Origin: Fibrobacter sp.
Lineage (GTDB): Bacteria; Fibrobacterota; Chitinivibrionia; Chitinivibrionales; Chitinispirillaceae
DNA length: 64,000 bases
Direction of reading: 5' to 3'
Assembly (NCBI GenBank): GCA_012515615.1
Contig: JAAYYB010000308.1
Location: 7,761-71,760, forward strand
Below, one piece after another: positions 46,951-54,332 of this stretch. Each line of letters starts with the position of its first letter. Positions within the stretch are counted from its first letter, which is position 1. The position numbers and the translations under genes were made by a program. Under the pieces are notes generated by a model that saw nothing but the letters and a program-made list of their open reading frames with translations, had not been told where the DNA came from and did no database searches.

Positions 46951-46980
46951 AGAAAAGCCCGGAACGAAAATGCTCCGGGC
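46951..46980 (-). terminator. Rho-independent terminator/attenuator after the gene downstream of G
   Basis: The minus strand reads GCCCGGAGCATTTTCGTTCCGGGC followed by TTTTCT. Confidence 0.55.
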
Positions 46981-47025
46981 CAGAATGTTCTTATTCTGGA
47001 ATTACCTGAGATGTCAAAGACCTAC

Positions 47026-47074
47026 CGCGGATTAGTTACCGCAGATTGAGCGGATTACGCTGATTGCGCGGATT
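47026..47074 (+). repeat. CGCGGATTA-type tandem array (5 units)
   Basis: CGCGGATTA..CGCAGATTG AGCGGATTA CGCTGATTG CGCGGATTC. It overlaps the 3' end of the 47055-47339 ORF. Confidence 0.75.
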
Positions 47075-47339
47075 CCTGAGCTGCGGGTTTATCAAACTTT
47101 GAAACGCCATCACCTGCGTACTGTATTACTTTCCCCAGCCTCATCCTTGCATCTTCGAGATGTCTGAGTGCCAGGTCCATATTGGAAAACATCTCACTAT
47201 GCTGACCCGGAAATGCCTCTTTGTTATCGAGTTCAACATGATGGCATTGCAGATCCCTGCGGATCGCAGTCACCATATTGCCGCACTGTTCGCGCAGCGA
47301 GTCGCAGATTTGTGTAATAGTTTTCGGATGCATAAACAT
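47055..47339 (-). CDS. Hypothetical small protein immediately downstream of G
   Basis: 94 aa with the ...DLALRHLEDARMRLGKVIQ helix motif seen in many small phage proteins. Confidence 0.5.
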   Translation of the reverse strand: MFMHPKTITQICDSLREQCGNMVTAIRRDLQCHHVELDNKEAFPGQHSEMFSNMDLALRHLEDARMRLGKVIQYAGDGVSKFDKPAAQESAQSA

Positions 47340-47351
47340 CTCCTTTGTTTG

Positions 47352-47975
47352 CTATCTAAAATTGTCGCCCTGAGATAGAATCAGGTACCTTTTTACCGAG
47401 TCGTTAATTTCCTCTTTAGCATCAACGGTGAGCACCATGAAGGGCCTGGGAGGGAGGCTGATTTCGTGTGCTTTTGCCGTGTAGTCGCGCTCGACAACAC
47501 GTTTGTGATGAGCCTTTGCAAAGACAGATAAATTGAGCAGCCGTCCGCTCTCACCCTGCCGCAGGAGCACGCCGTAGCGGTCGGTGCGCAGCCTGGCAAC
47601 GCCTTTACGGGCAGGAATCTTTATCGGGTTATTTCCGGTACCGAAGTTCTGCGCGGCCGCATAAGCTTTGTTTGTGGTTACCTTCGCGCTCTCCTTATCG
47701 TAGTCGGAAGCCAGGGACGCGGCCAGTTCGCCTCTTTGCTGGAGGATCTTGCCGGGCCAGTAACCTTTGCGTTCCCGTTCCTTGATCGTTCGTTTCTTCA
47801 GTTTCGGCCAGGGATCGGGACGTCCCTCCTGTTCGAAATTCTCCTCAACGCAGTCGAGCATGATCCCGGAGATCCGCCGCATGACAGGGGTCATGTCCTC
47901 GACGCGGGAAACGAGCTCCCGGAGACCATCCATGATTTCCTGGTCGTTCTGGGTAATGAAAATTGGATCGCTCAT
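47352..47975 (-). CDS. Virion morphogenesis protein (Mu gpG family)
   Basis: 207 aa. MRRISGIMLDCVEENFEQEGRPDPWPKLKKRTIKERERKG...ILQQRGELAASL fits the gpG/Phage_tail_S pattern. Confidence 0.8.
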   Translation of the reverse strand: MSDPIFITQNDQEIMDGLRELVSRVEDMTPVMRRISGIMLDCVEENFEQEGRPDPWPKLKKRTIKERERKGYWPGKILQQRGELAASLASDYDKESAKVTTNKAYAAAQNFGTGNNPIKIPARKGVARLRTDRYGVLLRQGESGRLLNLSVFAKAHHKRVVERDYTAKAHEISLPPRPFMVLTVDAKEEINDSVKRYLILSQGDNFR

Positions 47976-47993
47976 TGCAGCTCCAGGGAGAGT

Positions 47994-48026
47994 ATGGACG
48001 GAATGGACTGTATGGACGGAATGGAC
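47994..48026 (+). repeat. ATGGACNNN tandem array (4 units, 9 bp)
   Basis: ATGGACGGA ATGGACTGT ATGGACGGA ATGGAC. It lies between the G start and the -35 of the 48042 promoter. Confidence 0.9.
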
Positions 48027-48041
48027 AACAGATGAGAATAT

Positions 48042-48070
48042 TTGACAAACTGCTTAAAATTTCGTATTAT
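48042..48070 (+). promoter_or_regulatory. Near-consensus sigma-70-type promoter
   Basis: TTGACA (48042-48047), an exactly 17-nt spacer, then TATTAT (48065-48070). GGAAAGGAG SD and the ATG at 48091 follow. Confidence 0.6.
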
Positions 48071-48090
48071 ATGGGAAAGGAGTGAAAGGT

Positions 48091-48288
48091 ATGACAGATA
48101 CGACAGAGAAACTGGAACAGGCTGTGCAGGAGTACATGAAACAGCATCCCAACGCTGACAGCCCGCTGTGCCTTCTTGCGGATCTTGGAGACGAAGGTCT
48201 CTTGAAAGTTTTGAAAAAGGCCAACGGCCGGGAGATAGTGTTTGAAGACACTGACGGCCTCGATGAAATAAAGTGGAAGTTTCTTTAA
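48091..48288 (+). CDS. Small acidic protein, oriented against the flanking MuF and G genes
   Basis: 65 aa (MTDTTEKLEQAVQEYMKQHP...), rich in D/E, with its own promoter and SD. The track start is the GTG at 48082. Its stop overlaps the MuF stop region. Confidence 0.55.
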   Translation: MTDTTEKLEQAVQEYMKQHPNADSPLCLLADLGDEGLLKVLKKANGREIVFEDTDGLDEIKWKFL

Positions 48289-49778
48289 TCACCGAAAACC
48301 TCCTTCCCGTAAGTTCGCATCGCCTTTGCCGTTTGAGGAAGCATCTTCTCCAGGAACGGATTCCCTCTGAAATACAGTTCCAGCGTGTGTGAATGAAATT
48401 CATGCCTGGGATTGTCTGCGCTTTTGCGCCAGTAACTTTTCGTGTGGCCATCACCGTATTTCCCGCTGCTCAGACTGCACACAGTATCACTGAATGACAG
48501 ATACATCTTGTGGGCATCAGTTTCAGGGGCTTTGAGATTGAGAGAATCGAGCATCTCTCTGCGGTGCTGGAAGTAATTCCCGGGCAGCAGCTTTTCCCTG
48601 ACGCTCTTGTCGAGCGCACCGAGCTCCGAAACGGCTGTATCCCAGACCTTGTTGAATTTCGAGAGCAGCTCCGGTGTTTTCAGGACATTCTTTTCAAAGA
48701 ACGCATGAGCGTATTCGTGAATGGTTGTCCACTCCTTCACGAATCCGGACCTGGTTGACCTGAATCCCAGGTGAACAGTATCTGATGCCGGGCGGTAGAA
48801 AGATCTGGAATCCCTGCCCTTTACAAAAGGAACCTTGCGTTCCATCCTGTCCCAGAATGAATCCGGCAGAACATCTTTACCCACTTCCTTTTCGAGGTTA
48901 TCCGGAATAAAGACACTTTTAAGCGGAGCCTTTTTCCCCAGGTCTTTTTTTACTGCCGCGGCAATATCGCTGTCGTATTTCGACCAGTCGGGCTGCCATT
49001 TGGCTTTCCCCGGGTTATAGTTCCATCCGGGGTCCGGAGCAATTTTTTTACCGGTGGCCGGATCGGTGTAGACTGTAACCTCTTCCATAAGGCCGGTAGT
49101 CTTTGACACCAGGCGATCCTCTTTTGAGAGGGTGCCGCCTGAAGAGACGCCCGGCCGGGGGTCTGTACTTGACAGAGTAAGAGAGCGGTCCTGAAGGTTT
49201 CTGCTGTTAAGAGAACGGACACGGCACCGGCAGTTGAATGCCAGGGGCGGATAGAAAGAATCCCAGAAAGGATCGTTTATGGGAAACACCTTTCCGTTAA
49301 GCGCAGCGTGCTGGGGGCGTGTCCGGGAGTCGAGCACGGCCACATACTGAAGGTACGGGCGGTCGGAGGCGTTATCAACCTGATCTTTCCACCGTCCGGC
49401 CATATACGCTGACTGCATGTTTGTGCGGTAGATGGTTTTAAGCCTTGACACAGAGCCGAGCTGCACCGCGGTTGCCTGCCCGGATTGATCCCCGAGCCAC
49501 TGCTTCCCCCACCATCCCATTGCTTTCAGGCGCGGTTCCAGTTCTTTACGGAACTGCTCGAATGTGAGTCCCTCATTGAGTGCCTTGTCAACAGCCCTGC
49601 GGATCTCAGTAAGGATATCGGCTCTCGCCGCTTTAGCGACCGTAAACGCATGCGCGTGGGCCTCCTGCCAGGTATCGTACCAGTTCCAGGAGATTGCATA
49701 CCCCTTGGAGCGGAAATAATCCACAGCCTGGTGAGGAGGGAGACCGATAGCGAATGAGAGATCGACAGGTGATGACAT
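48285..49778 (-). CDS. MuF/SPP1-gp7-family head morphogenesis protein with a C-terminal HExxH extension
   Basis: 497 aa. The MuF core has YRTNMQSAYMAGRW...RTRPQHAALNGKVF...FNCRCRV. The roughly 190-aa extension contains TIHEYAHAFF. Confidence 0.85.
   Translation of the reverse strand: MSSPVDLSFAIGLPPHQAVDYFRSKGYAISWNWYDTWQEAHAHAFTVAKAARADILTEIRRAVDKALNEGLTFEQFRKELEPRLKAMGWWGKQWLGDQSGQATAVQLGSVSRLKTIYRTNMQSAYMAGRWKDQVDNASDRPYLQYVAVLDSRTRPQHAALNGKVFPINDPFWDSFYPPLAFNCRCRVRSLNSRNLQDRSLTLSSTDPRPGVSSGGTLSKEDRLVSKTTGLMEEVTVYTDPATGKKIAPDPGWNYNPGKAKWQPDWSKYDSDIAAAVKKDLGKKAPLKSVFIPDNLEKEVGKDVLPDSFWDRMERKVPFVKGRDSRSFYRPASDTVHLGFRSTRSGFVKEWTTIHEYAHAFFEKNVLKTPELLSKFNKVWDTAVSELGALDKSVREKLLPGNYFQHRREMLDSLNLKAPETDAHKMYLSFSDTVCSLSSGKYGDGHTKSYWRKSADNPRHEFHSHTLELYFRGNPFLEKMLPQTAKAMRTYGKEVFGD
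49143..49168. repeat. GC palindrome family, copy 3 (decayed, in the MuF CDS)
   Basis: AGAGACGCCCGGCCGGGGGTCTGTAC. It is read in a different frame (TDPRPGVSS) and sits at the core/extension junction. Confidence 0.7.
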
Positions 49779-49785
49779 TTTTCCG

Positions 49786-51294
49786 TTACTGCTTTCCGTT
49801 CAGGCGTCCCCAGATTTCACTGACAAATTTTGCCCTTGCGAGCATGGTCACCATCTGCTCGTCATCCATGTCGGGATACTGTGACACGAGATGCCGTTTG
49901 ACATCGTCGACTGATTTTCCTTTCGCAAAGAGAGAAATGACGGGTTTAAGGAGGCCCTCGGCCTGGTTCTGCAGGTCGGGGTCGGGGATGTCGGAGATTG
50001 CCTGATCGAGGAGATCCTGATCGGGGAATCGGCCGGAACCGGATGATAGAGACGCCCGGCCGGGCGTCTCTACGGAATGGGCGGGGGCGGCGAATTGGGA
50101 ATCGGGCGCCGGCGGATTGGATGTATCAATATCGCCGTCTTCGAAATTATAGGCGCGTTTGTAATATTCAGGTGTAAATTTGAGGCCGGTATCTGACAAG
50201 ATTTTGTCACGCTCGGCAAGGTCCTTATCGACGTCTTCTTCTTCCCACATTGACCAGACGGGACGGGCGCCCTGGAAGTTGAGGTCCCAGATCCAGGTGA
50301 TAAGCTGATTTACAGTGTTTTCAACGATTCTTTTATCGGCGTTTACGATGTCTTTACGCACCTGTATTGCGGCATCCTCACCGCCCAGTTTTCCGGCGGT
50401 GCTTGTCACCGCACCTTCATGGCCGAGCTGGACAATAGAGACCTCTTCCTTGCAGAACCGCAGGAGCCGCTCGTAAATATCTGCACTTGCGCCTTTTCCT
50501 TCTGATTCCAGAAGTTCAACTGAGGAATCGTTGGGTATGACCGCGATGGCATCCTGGATCATCTTTTCGAGACCATCGAGCAGCAGATCCTGTTCATCAT
50601 CGGAGGCAGAACGCGGGGTCTTCCCAACCGCAAAGGGCATCCCGTATTTCTCTGAAAATGTCACCCAGAATTTCAGTCCGCCTTTCTTAAATGTAGTGGG
50701 CCAGAAACAGGCGCTGAGGTCCGGAAAACCGTAAGGGTTCCTGTAGGTTGCCTCCTGGCGCGGGTTGAGAAATTTCTTATCCGGGAGTTCCTCTCCGGTC
50801 AAGCTTCCAGGCACGCGGAGACGGAGCGTATTCTCCTGGTCGTAGCAGAACCATTCCTGGGGTTTGCCGGTGATACGTGCGGGCAGAATCATGTTCCCCA
50901 CACGTTCCCAGATTATTTCGAGCACGGCGTACCCGAACTGTCCGGCATCGAGGATTTCCCCGATCAGAGTATGCAGGTCAAGATTGTCAAACAGGGAAAC
51001 GAGTTCCTTTGTCTGACGGCTGCGGGATTTTCCGCGGTCGATACCGGACTCAAGCTGCAGTACTCCTGATTTGCGATTGCGGATACATCCGCGCAGATGC
51101 GGATCAGTCTGCAGTTCCCGGTAGACATCGATGTCTTTCCCCATTCTTTTAAGAACAGGGTCGGGGTTAGGGAGATACATCCCGGACCAGAGAAAATCCA
51201 TCCTGCGGCGGGTGGCTATTTCGGCGGAGAGATTTTTCGTTATCGGGACGAAAGTGCTGTTATCGAGCCAGAGACCTTTTTGATTCATGGTCAA
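49786..51294 (-). CDS. Portal protein (Mu gp29 / DUF935 type)
   Basis: 502 aa. The position between terminase and MuF and the overall pattern fit DUF935 portals. Confidence 0.8.
   Translation of the reverse strand: MTMNQKGLWLDNSTFVPITKNLSAEIATRRRMDFLWSGMYLPNPDPVLKRMGKDIDVYRELQTDPHLRGCIRNRKSGVLQLESGIDRGKSRSRQTKELVSLFDNLDLHTLIGEILDAGQFGYAVLEIIWERVGNMILPARITGKPQEWFCYDQENTLRLRVPGSLTGEELPDKKFLNPRQEATYRNPYGFPDLSACFWPTTFKKGGLKFWVTFSEKYGMPFAVGKTPRSASDDEQDLLLDGLEKMIQDAIAVIPNDSSVELLESEGKGASADIYERLLRFCKEEVSIVQLGHEGAVTSTAGKLGGEDAAIQVRKDIVNADKRIVENTVNQLITWIWDLNFQGARPVWSMWEEEDVDKDLAERDKILSDTGLKFTPEYYKRAYNFEDGDIDTSNPPAPDSQFAAPAHSVETPGRASLSSGSGRFPDQDLLDQAISDIPDPDLQNQAEGLLKPVISLFAKGKSVDDVKRHLVSQYPDMDDEQMVTMLARAKFVSEIWGRLNGKQ
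50048..50076. repeat. GC palindrome family, copy 4 (perfect, in the portal CDS)
   Basis: AGAGACGCCCGGCCGGGCGTCTCT followed by ACGGA. Translated as SVETPGRASLSS. Confidence 0.9.
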
Positions 51295-52871
51295 TATCCT
51301 TTAATAATGGAAACACGGTTCTTGCGCGGGCGGCTTTTTACCCGCACCGGTCCGGCGTTTGATTTTGCTGCCATCTCTGCCAGGCAGTAGGCCCACCAGT
51401 GATCGGCGTGCCCTGTCGCATCGGTGGCATCGGCATCGTAGCGGTTATTCCCCCCCACAACCATTTTTCGTATTGAATGGAAAGAGTCCCTGATTGTCTG
51501 GTCCGGAGGAATACGGGAGCGGCGGTCTTCGAGCGCGTTTTTGCCATCAACGGCCAGTTCCTCTTTTGTCGCAGAGGTGAAATTCACACCCTCTGTCATG
51601 TACTCCCCGTACTTCTCCTGAGCCTGTTCGACAAGTGGTATTCCCATTCCTGTCCGGTCAATGCACACCCGTCTCATCCGTTTCAGTTTCATAACTCTGT
51701 CAAGGTACTCCATCTGAATTTTGAACCGAGTATTTGAGAATGCTTTGACATGGCGTGTGTAACGTACATCACCAAGTTTCTGCACAATCCAGAGAACAGA
51801 AAAGTGCCTCGTTCTGGCGATATCCCATCCGGCGTACAGGTCACCTTCCTGGAGCATGTTGAGCTGCTCCAGAGTCATGAGAAGATTTTCCGATTCGGCA
51901 AGGTAGATCATTTCGTAGGGGACAAACGCAGTCGCGGCATCGACGGCAATACAGCAGTACTCCTCATTCCAGACATCCTCGCTGCGGCAGTCCTCGTATT
52001 CCCTGAGAAGCCATTCGACCCGTTCATCTTCGGAGAGTGCTTTCCCGCAGATCTTGTCCGCGACGCCATCAATGACGGCATCGAAGATCGTAACGGTATG
52101 CAGAGACCAGCTTACCTTCCCAGCTTTTGCATCCTGGACAAACCGGTAGTACAGGCACTGCTGGCCGTGATGAGTTGAAAGGATACGAATCGGGTAGCCC
52201 CACATGGCTGAAGGCTTAGCGGCTTTCCACATCCCAGCCTGGTCATCATGCCACGCGAATTCATCGAGGACCACTTTCCCGCCCTTGGAGCGGAAGCGTT
52301 TGGGGTTGCTTGTCAGAGCATAGATTTTGCCACCGTTTGAGAACTCAATTCCCAGGGCGGTAATTTTCTTGTCGGAATCCAGGACAACTTCACCGAGAGC
52401 CTTTGCCCCGATGTTAAACATCTTTGCCCACTGGCCGCAGTAGTCTATATATTCTTTTGCCGCGGATTCATCAGCGGATGTAAAGTACACTTTCCGCACG
52501 GGTCTTCCGGGCGTGTATTCCTTCTTAAGAACTATATCGCGTACATCTTCGAAGGACTGAACATAGGTCGCACCGATACGGCGGGATTTTTCCCAGACCT
52601 TGATTCGGGAGTCATCGGCGAGCCATCGGAGCTGGTAGCCGAGAAAGTATTTGTCTGCTTTTTGGGAGGCGTGAGACGCCCGGCCGGATGAGAGAGACGC
52701 CCGGCCGGATGAGAGAGGCGCCCGGCCGGGCGCCTCTACGGAATTGCGGATCCCGGAAATGCGTTTTGCGGAGGCGCGCAGCGCAAGGCGGAATTCCTGG
52801 CGCCTGTCGGAAGCCGGAGACGTCCCGTCGGGTGTCTGTACGGTTGAGAGTTCAGTCGCTGTCGCTGTCAT
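51291..52871 (-). CDS. Terminase large subunit (Mu gp28-like)
   Basis: 526 aa, upstream of the portal with an overlapping stop/start. It has an N-terminal ATPase region (KSRRIGATYV) and a C-terminal nuclease-like region. Confidence 0.75.
   Translation of the reverse strand: MTATATELSTVQTPDGTSPASDRRQEFRLALRASAKRISGIRNSVEAPGRAPLSSGRASLSSGRASHASQKADKYFLGYQLRWLADDSRIKVWEKSRRIGATYVQSFEDVRDIVLKKEYTPGRPVRKVYFTSADESAAKEYIDYCGQWAKMFNIGAKALGEVVLDSDKKITALGIEFSNGGKIYALTSNPKRFRSKGGKVVLDEFAWHDDQAGMWKAAKPSAMWGYPIRILSTHHGQQCLYYRFVQDAKAGKVSWSLHTVTIFDAVIDGVADKICGKALSEDERVEWLLREYEDCRSEDVWNEEYCCIAVDAATAFVPYEMIYLAESENLLMTLEQLNMLQEGDLYAGWDIARTRHFSVLWIVQKLGDVRYTRHVKAFSNTRFKIQMEYLDRVMKLKRMRRVCIDRTGMGIPLVEQAQEKYGEYMTEGVNFTSATKEELAVDGKNALEDRRSRIPPDQTIRDSFHSIRKMVVGGNNRYDADATDATGHADHWWAYCLAEMAAKSNAGPVRVKSRPRKNRVSIIKGY
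52672..52742. repeat. GC palindrome family, copy 5, with a 21-bp tandem triplication of the left arm
   Basis: GAGACGCCCGGCCGG ATGAGAGAGACGCCCGGCCGG ATGAGAGAGGCGCCCGGCCGGGCGCCTCT ACGGA. Translated as SVEAPGRAPLSSGRASLSSGRAS. Confidence 0.9.
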
Positions 52872-53302
52872 CCGGGAATACCCAGTACGTCACGCTGTAT
52901 GAGTTTAACAATATCTTCGGGAACTGTCCCGGAAGATCCTGCCGGCTTTTCCGCGTTTTTAACCGCGTCCTCGTAATCTTTTACTTTTGCGATATTGGGA
53001 AGCAGTTTTCCCAGGGTGAAATATCTTCCCGGGCTGACAGGTTTTCCTGCGAGCTCATCCTCTTTTATTGACCTCATGAGCCATCGGGTGAACTCATAGA
53101 GTTCCTCATGAAAAGCGGTACGGGATGCCCGGTACTGGGAGCGCAGAGTATCCCAGTCGTTTCCCTCTTTATGAGCCTCTTCTTTCCAGTTGCGAATGGT
53201 TCTTTCTCCGCATTTGAGGCGTGAGGCGATCTCGCCTATCGTGCACTGTTCATGCGTAAAGAGTCTCTGAGCTTCCGCATAGAGGGCGTCTTTTTTAGCC
53301 AT
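52868..53302 (-). CDS. Terminase small subunit candidate (DUF1804 / Mu gp27-like)
   Basis: MAKKDALYAEAQRLF..CTIGEIASRLKCGERTIRNWKEEA has an HTH. The ATG at 53302 is preferred. Its stop overlaps the terminase large subunit start. Confidence 0.65.
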   Translation of the reverse strand: MAKKDALYAEAQRLFTHEQCTIGEIASRLKCGERTIRNWKEEAHKEGNDWDTLRSQYRASRTAFHEELYEFTRWLMRSIKEDELAGKPVSPGRYFTLGKLLPNIAKVKDYEDAVKNAEKPAGSSGTVPEDIVKLIQRDVLGIPG

Positions 53303-53555
53303 TGAGGTCTTTCTCCAGCCTGTCAATAGTCTCTTTACGTTTCCGCATTTCCACCCAGAGATTGTACAGACGGTCCATCGCTGCTTTCGCCTGGTCAACT
53401 GACAAATCGGTAATGTCGGAAATGTATGGATTGAGGAAATTTCTCACGACAGTTTCATTGGCGTGAGCTTCGAGCTGCTCCGCATTGAATTTCTGTTTCA
53501 GTTCCGCGAGCTGACCCTTGAAGACGGCAAGTTCGTGGTTGAATTCCGGAGTCAT
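53295..53555 (-). CDS. Hypothetical coiled-coil protein
   Basis: 86 aa, in series in the packaging operon. Confidence 0.4.
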   Translation of the reverse strand: MTPEFNHELAVFKGQLAELKQKFNAEQLEAHANETVVRNFLNPYISDITDLSVDQAKAAMDRLYNLWVEMRKRKETIDRLEKDLNG

Positions 53556-53869
53556 GATTTGTTGTCCTTCCGCATGAGGGGACAGAAGAGGTTGTTATCG
53601 ATTTTGGTAGAGAGGGAGGAGATAGCGCCTGCAACGTAGTCGTTACTTTCGATAAGCTGCTTGAGCAGCTCAAAATTCTGCTGTTCCCTTTTTGACTGTT
53701 CGTCAAGAATTGATTTCTGTGATGTGAGCAGGTCCACATAGCGCTGATCGTGAGTCTTGAATATCTGCAGACAAAAGCGAAGAGTGATCAGCCATATCAC
53801 GAATACCAGTGCCGAGAACCCTACCATCTTTGTCAGCTCCGGTATAATCTCCAATGTAATTCCGTCCAA
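53552..53869 (-). CDS. Membrane-anchored coiled-coil protein (first gene of the packaging operon)
   Basis: 105 aa with the TM VGFSALVFVIWLITLRFCL followed by a coiled coil. Confidence 0.45.
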   Translation of the reverse strand: MDGITLEIIPELTKMVGFSALVFVIWLITLRFCLQIFKTHDQRYVDLLTSQKSILDEQSKREQQNFELLKQLIESNDYVAGAISSLSTKIDNNLFCPLMRKDNKS

Positions 53870-53925
53870 ATGCCGCCCCCTTGTTCAAGGATATTTTTTA
53901 ATCTGCTTTTCGTTTCCGGTTTTAC

Positions 53926-53951
53926 GCGGGAGGGCGCCGTTACCCTCCCGC
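53926..53951. other. Strong GC hairpin in the divergent late control region
   Basis: GCGGGAGGG-CGCCGTTA-CCCTCCCGC. There is no flanking T-tract. Confidence 0.4.
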
Positions 53952-54090
53952 CAGCCCATTTATCATCATTCTTAACACCTGCATCAGATATTCATGACCA
54001 CCTCCTTATCGTTCGGCAAACACAGTTACCATTGGTTCGCACTTCGTGTAAAACAAGCTACCCAGATTATAAATGGTGAAATAGTATAAA

Positions 54091-54140
54091 GTCTTGTGCG
54101 GTTCCGCACTGCGATATCGCACTGCGGAACCGCACAAGAC
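54091..54140. promoter_or_regulatory. 50-bp near-perfect palindrome (24/25 arms, no spacer) between the divergent late operons
   Basis: GTCTTGTGCGGTTCCGCACTGCGAT|ATCGCACTGCGGAACCGCACAAGAC. Confidence 0.5.
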
Positions 54141-54317
54141 ATTGCAGTAATAATGTTGTAAATTATCCTCATGAGTAAAAAGAGCCCGAAAGGGACATTG
54201 AAATCAGTCTGCAGAGCGGCATCGGTTGCCGGGGCGGTGTGCCTGGTGTCGGGTTTACAACCGGTACCAGCAGAGTACAAGACACCGGGTTTGAGAGATA
54301 GTCGGGGGCGGACCGGT

Positions 54318-54332
54318 ATGGACAAAATGGAA
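54318..54332 (+). repeat. ATGGAC/ATGGAA pair (9-bp period) upstream of the protease/scaffold gene
   Basis: ATGGACAAA ATGGAA, about 70-85 nt upstream of the ATG at 54401. Confidence 0.6.

Noticed and set aside
38226-52742. SVETPGRASLSS as a protein-level motif, for example a prohead protease cleavage site shared by the portal, terminase and GemA.
   Set aside because: The nucleotide sequence is (near-)identical, including at synonymous positions. One copy is read in a different frame (MuF) and one is intergenic. Arm substitutions are compensatory at the DNA/RNA level.
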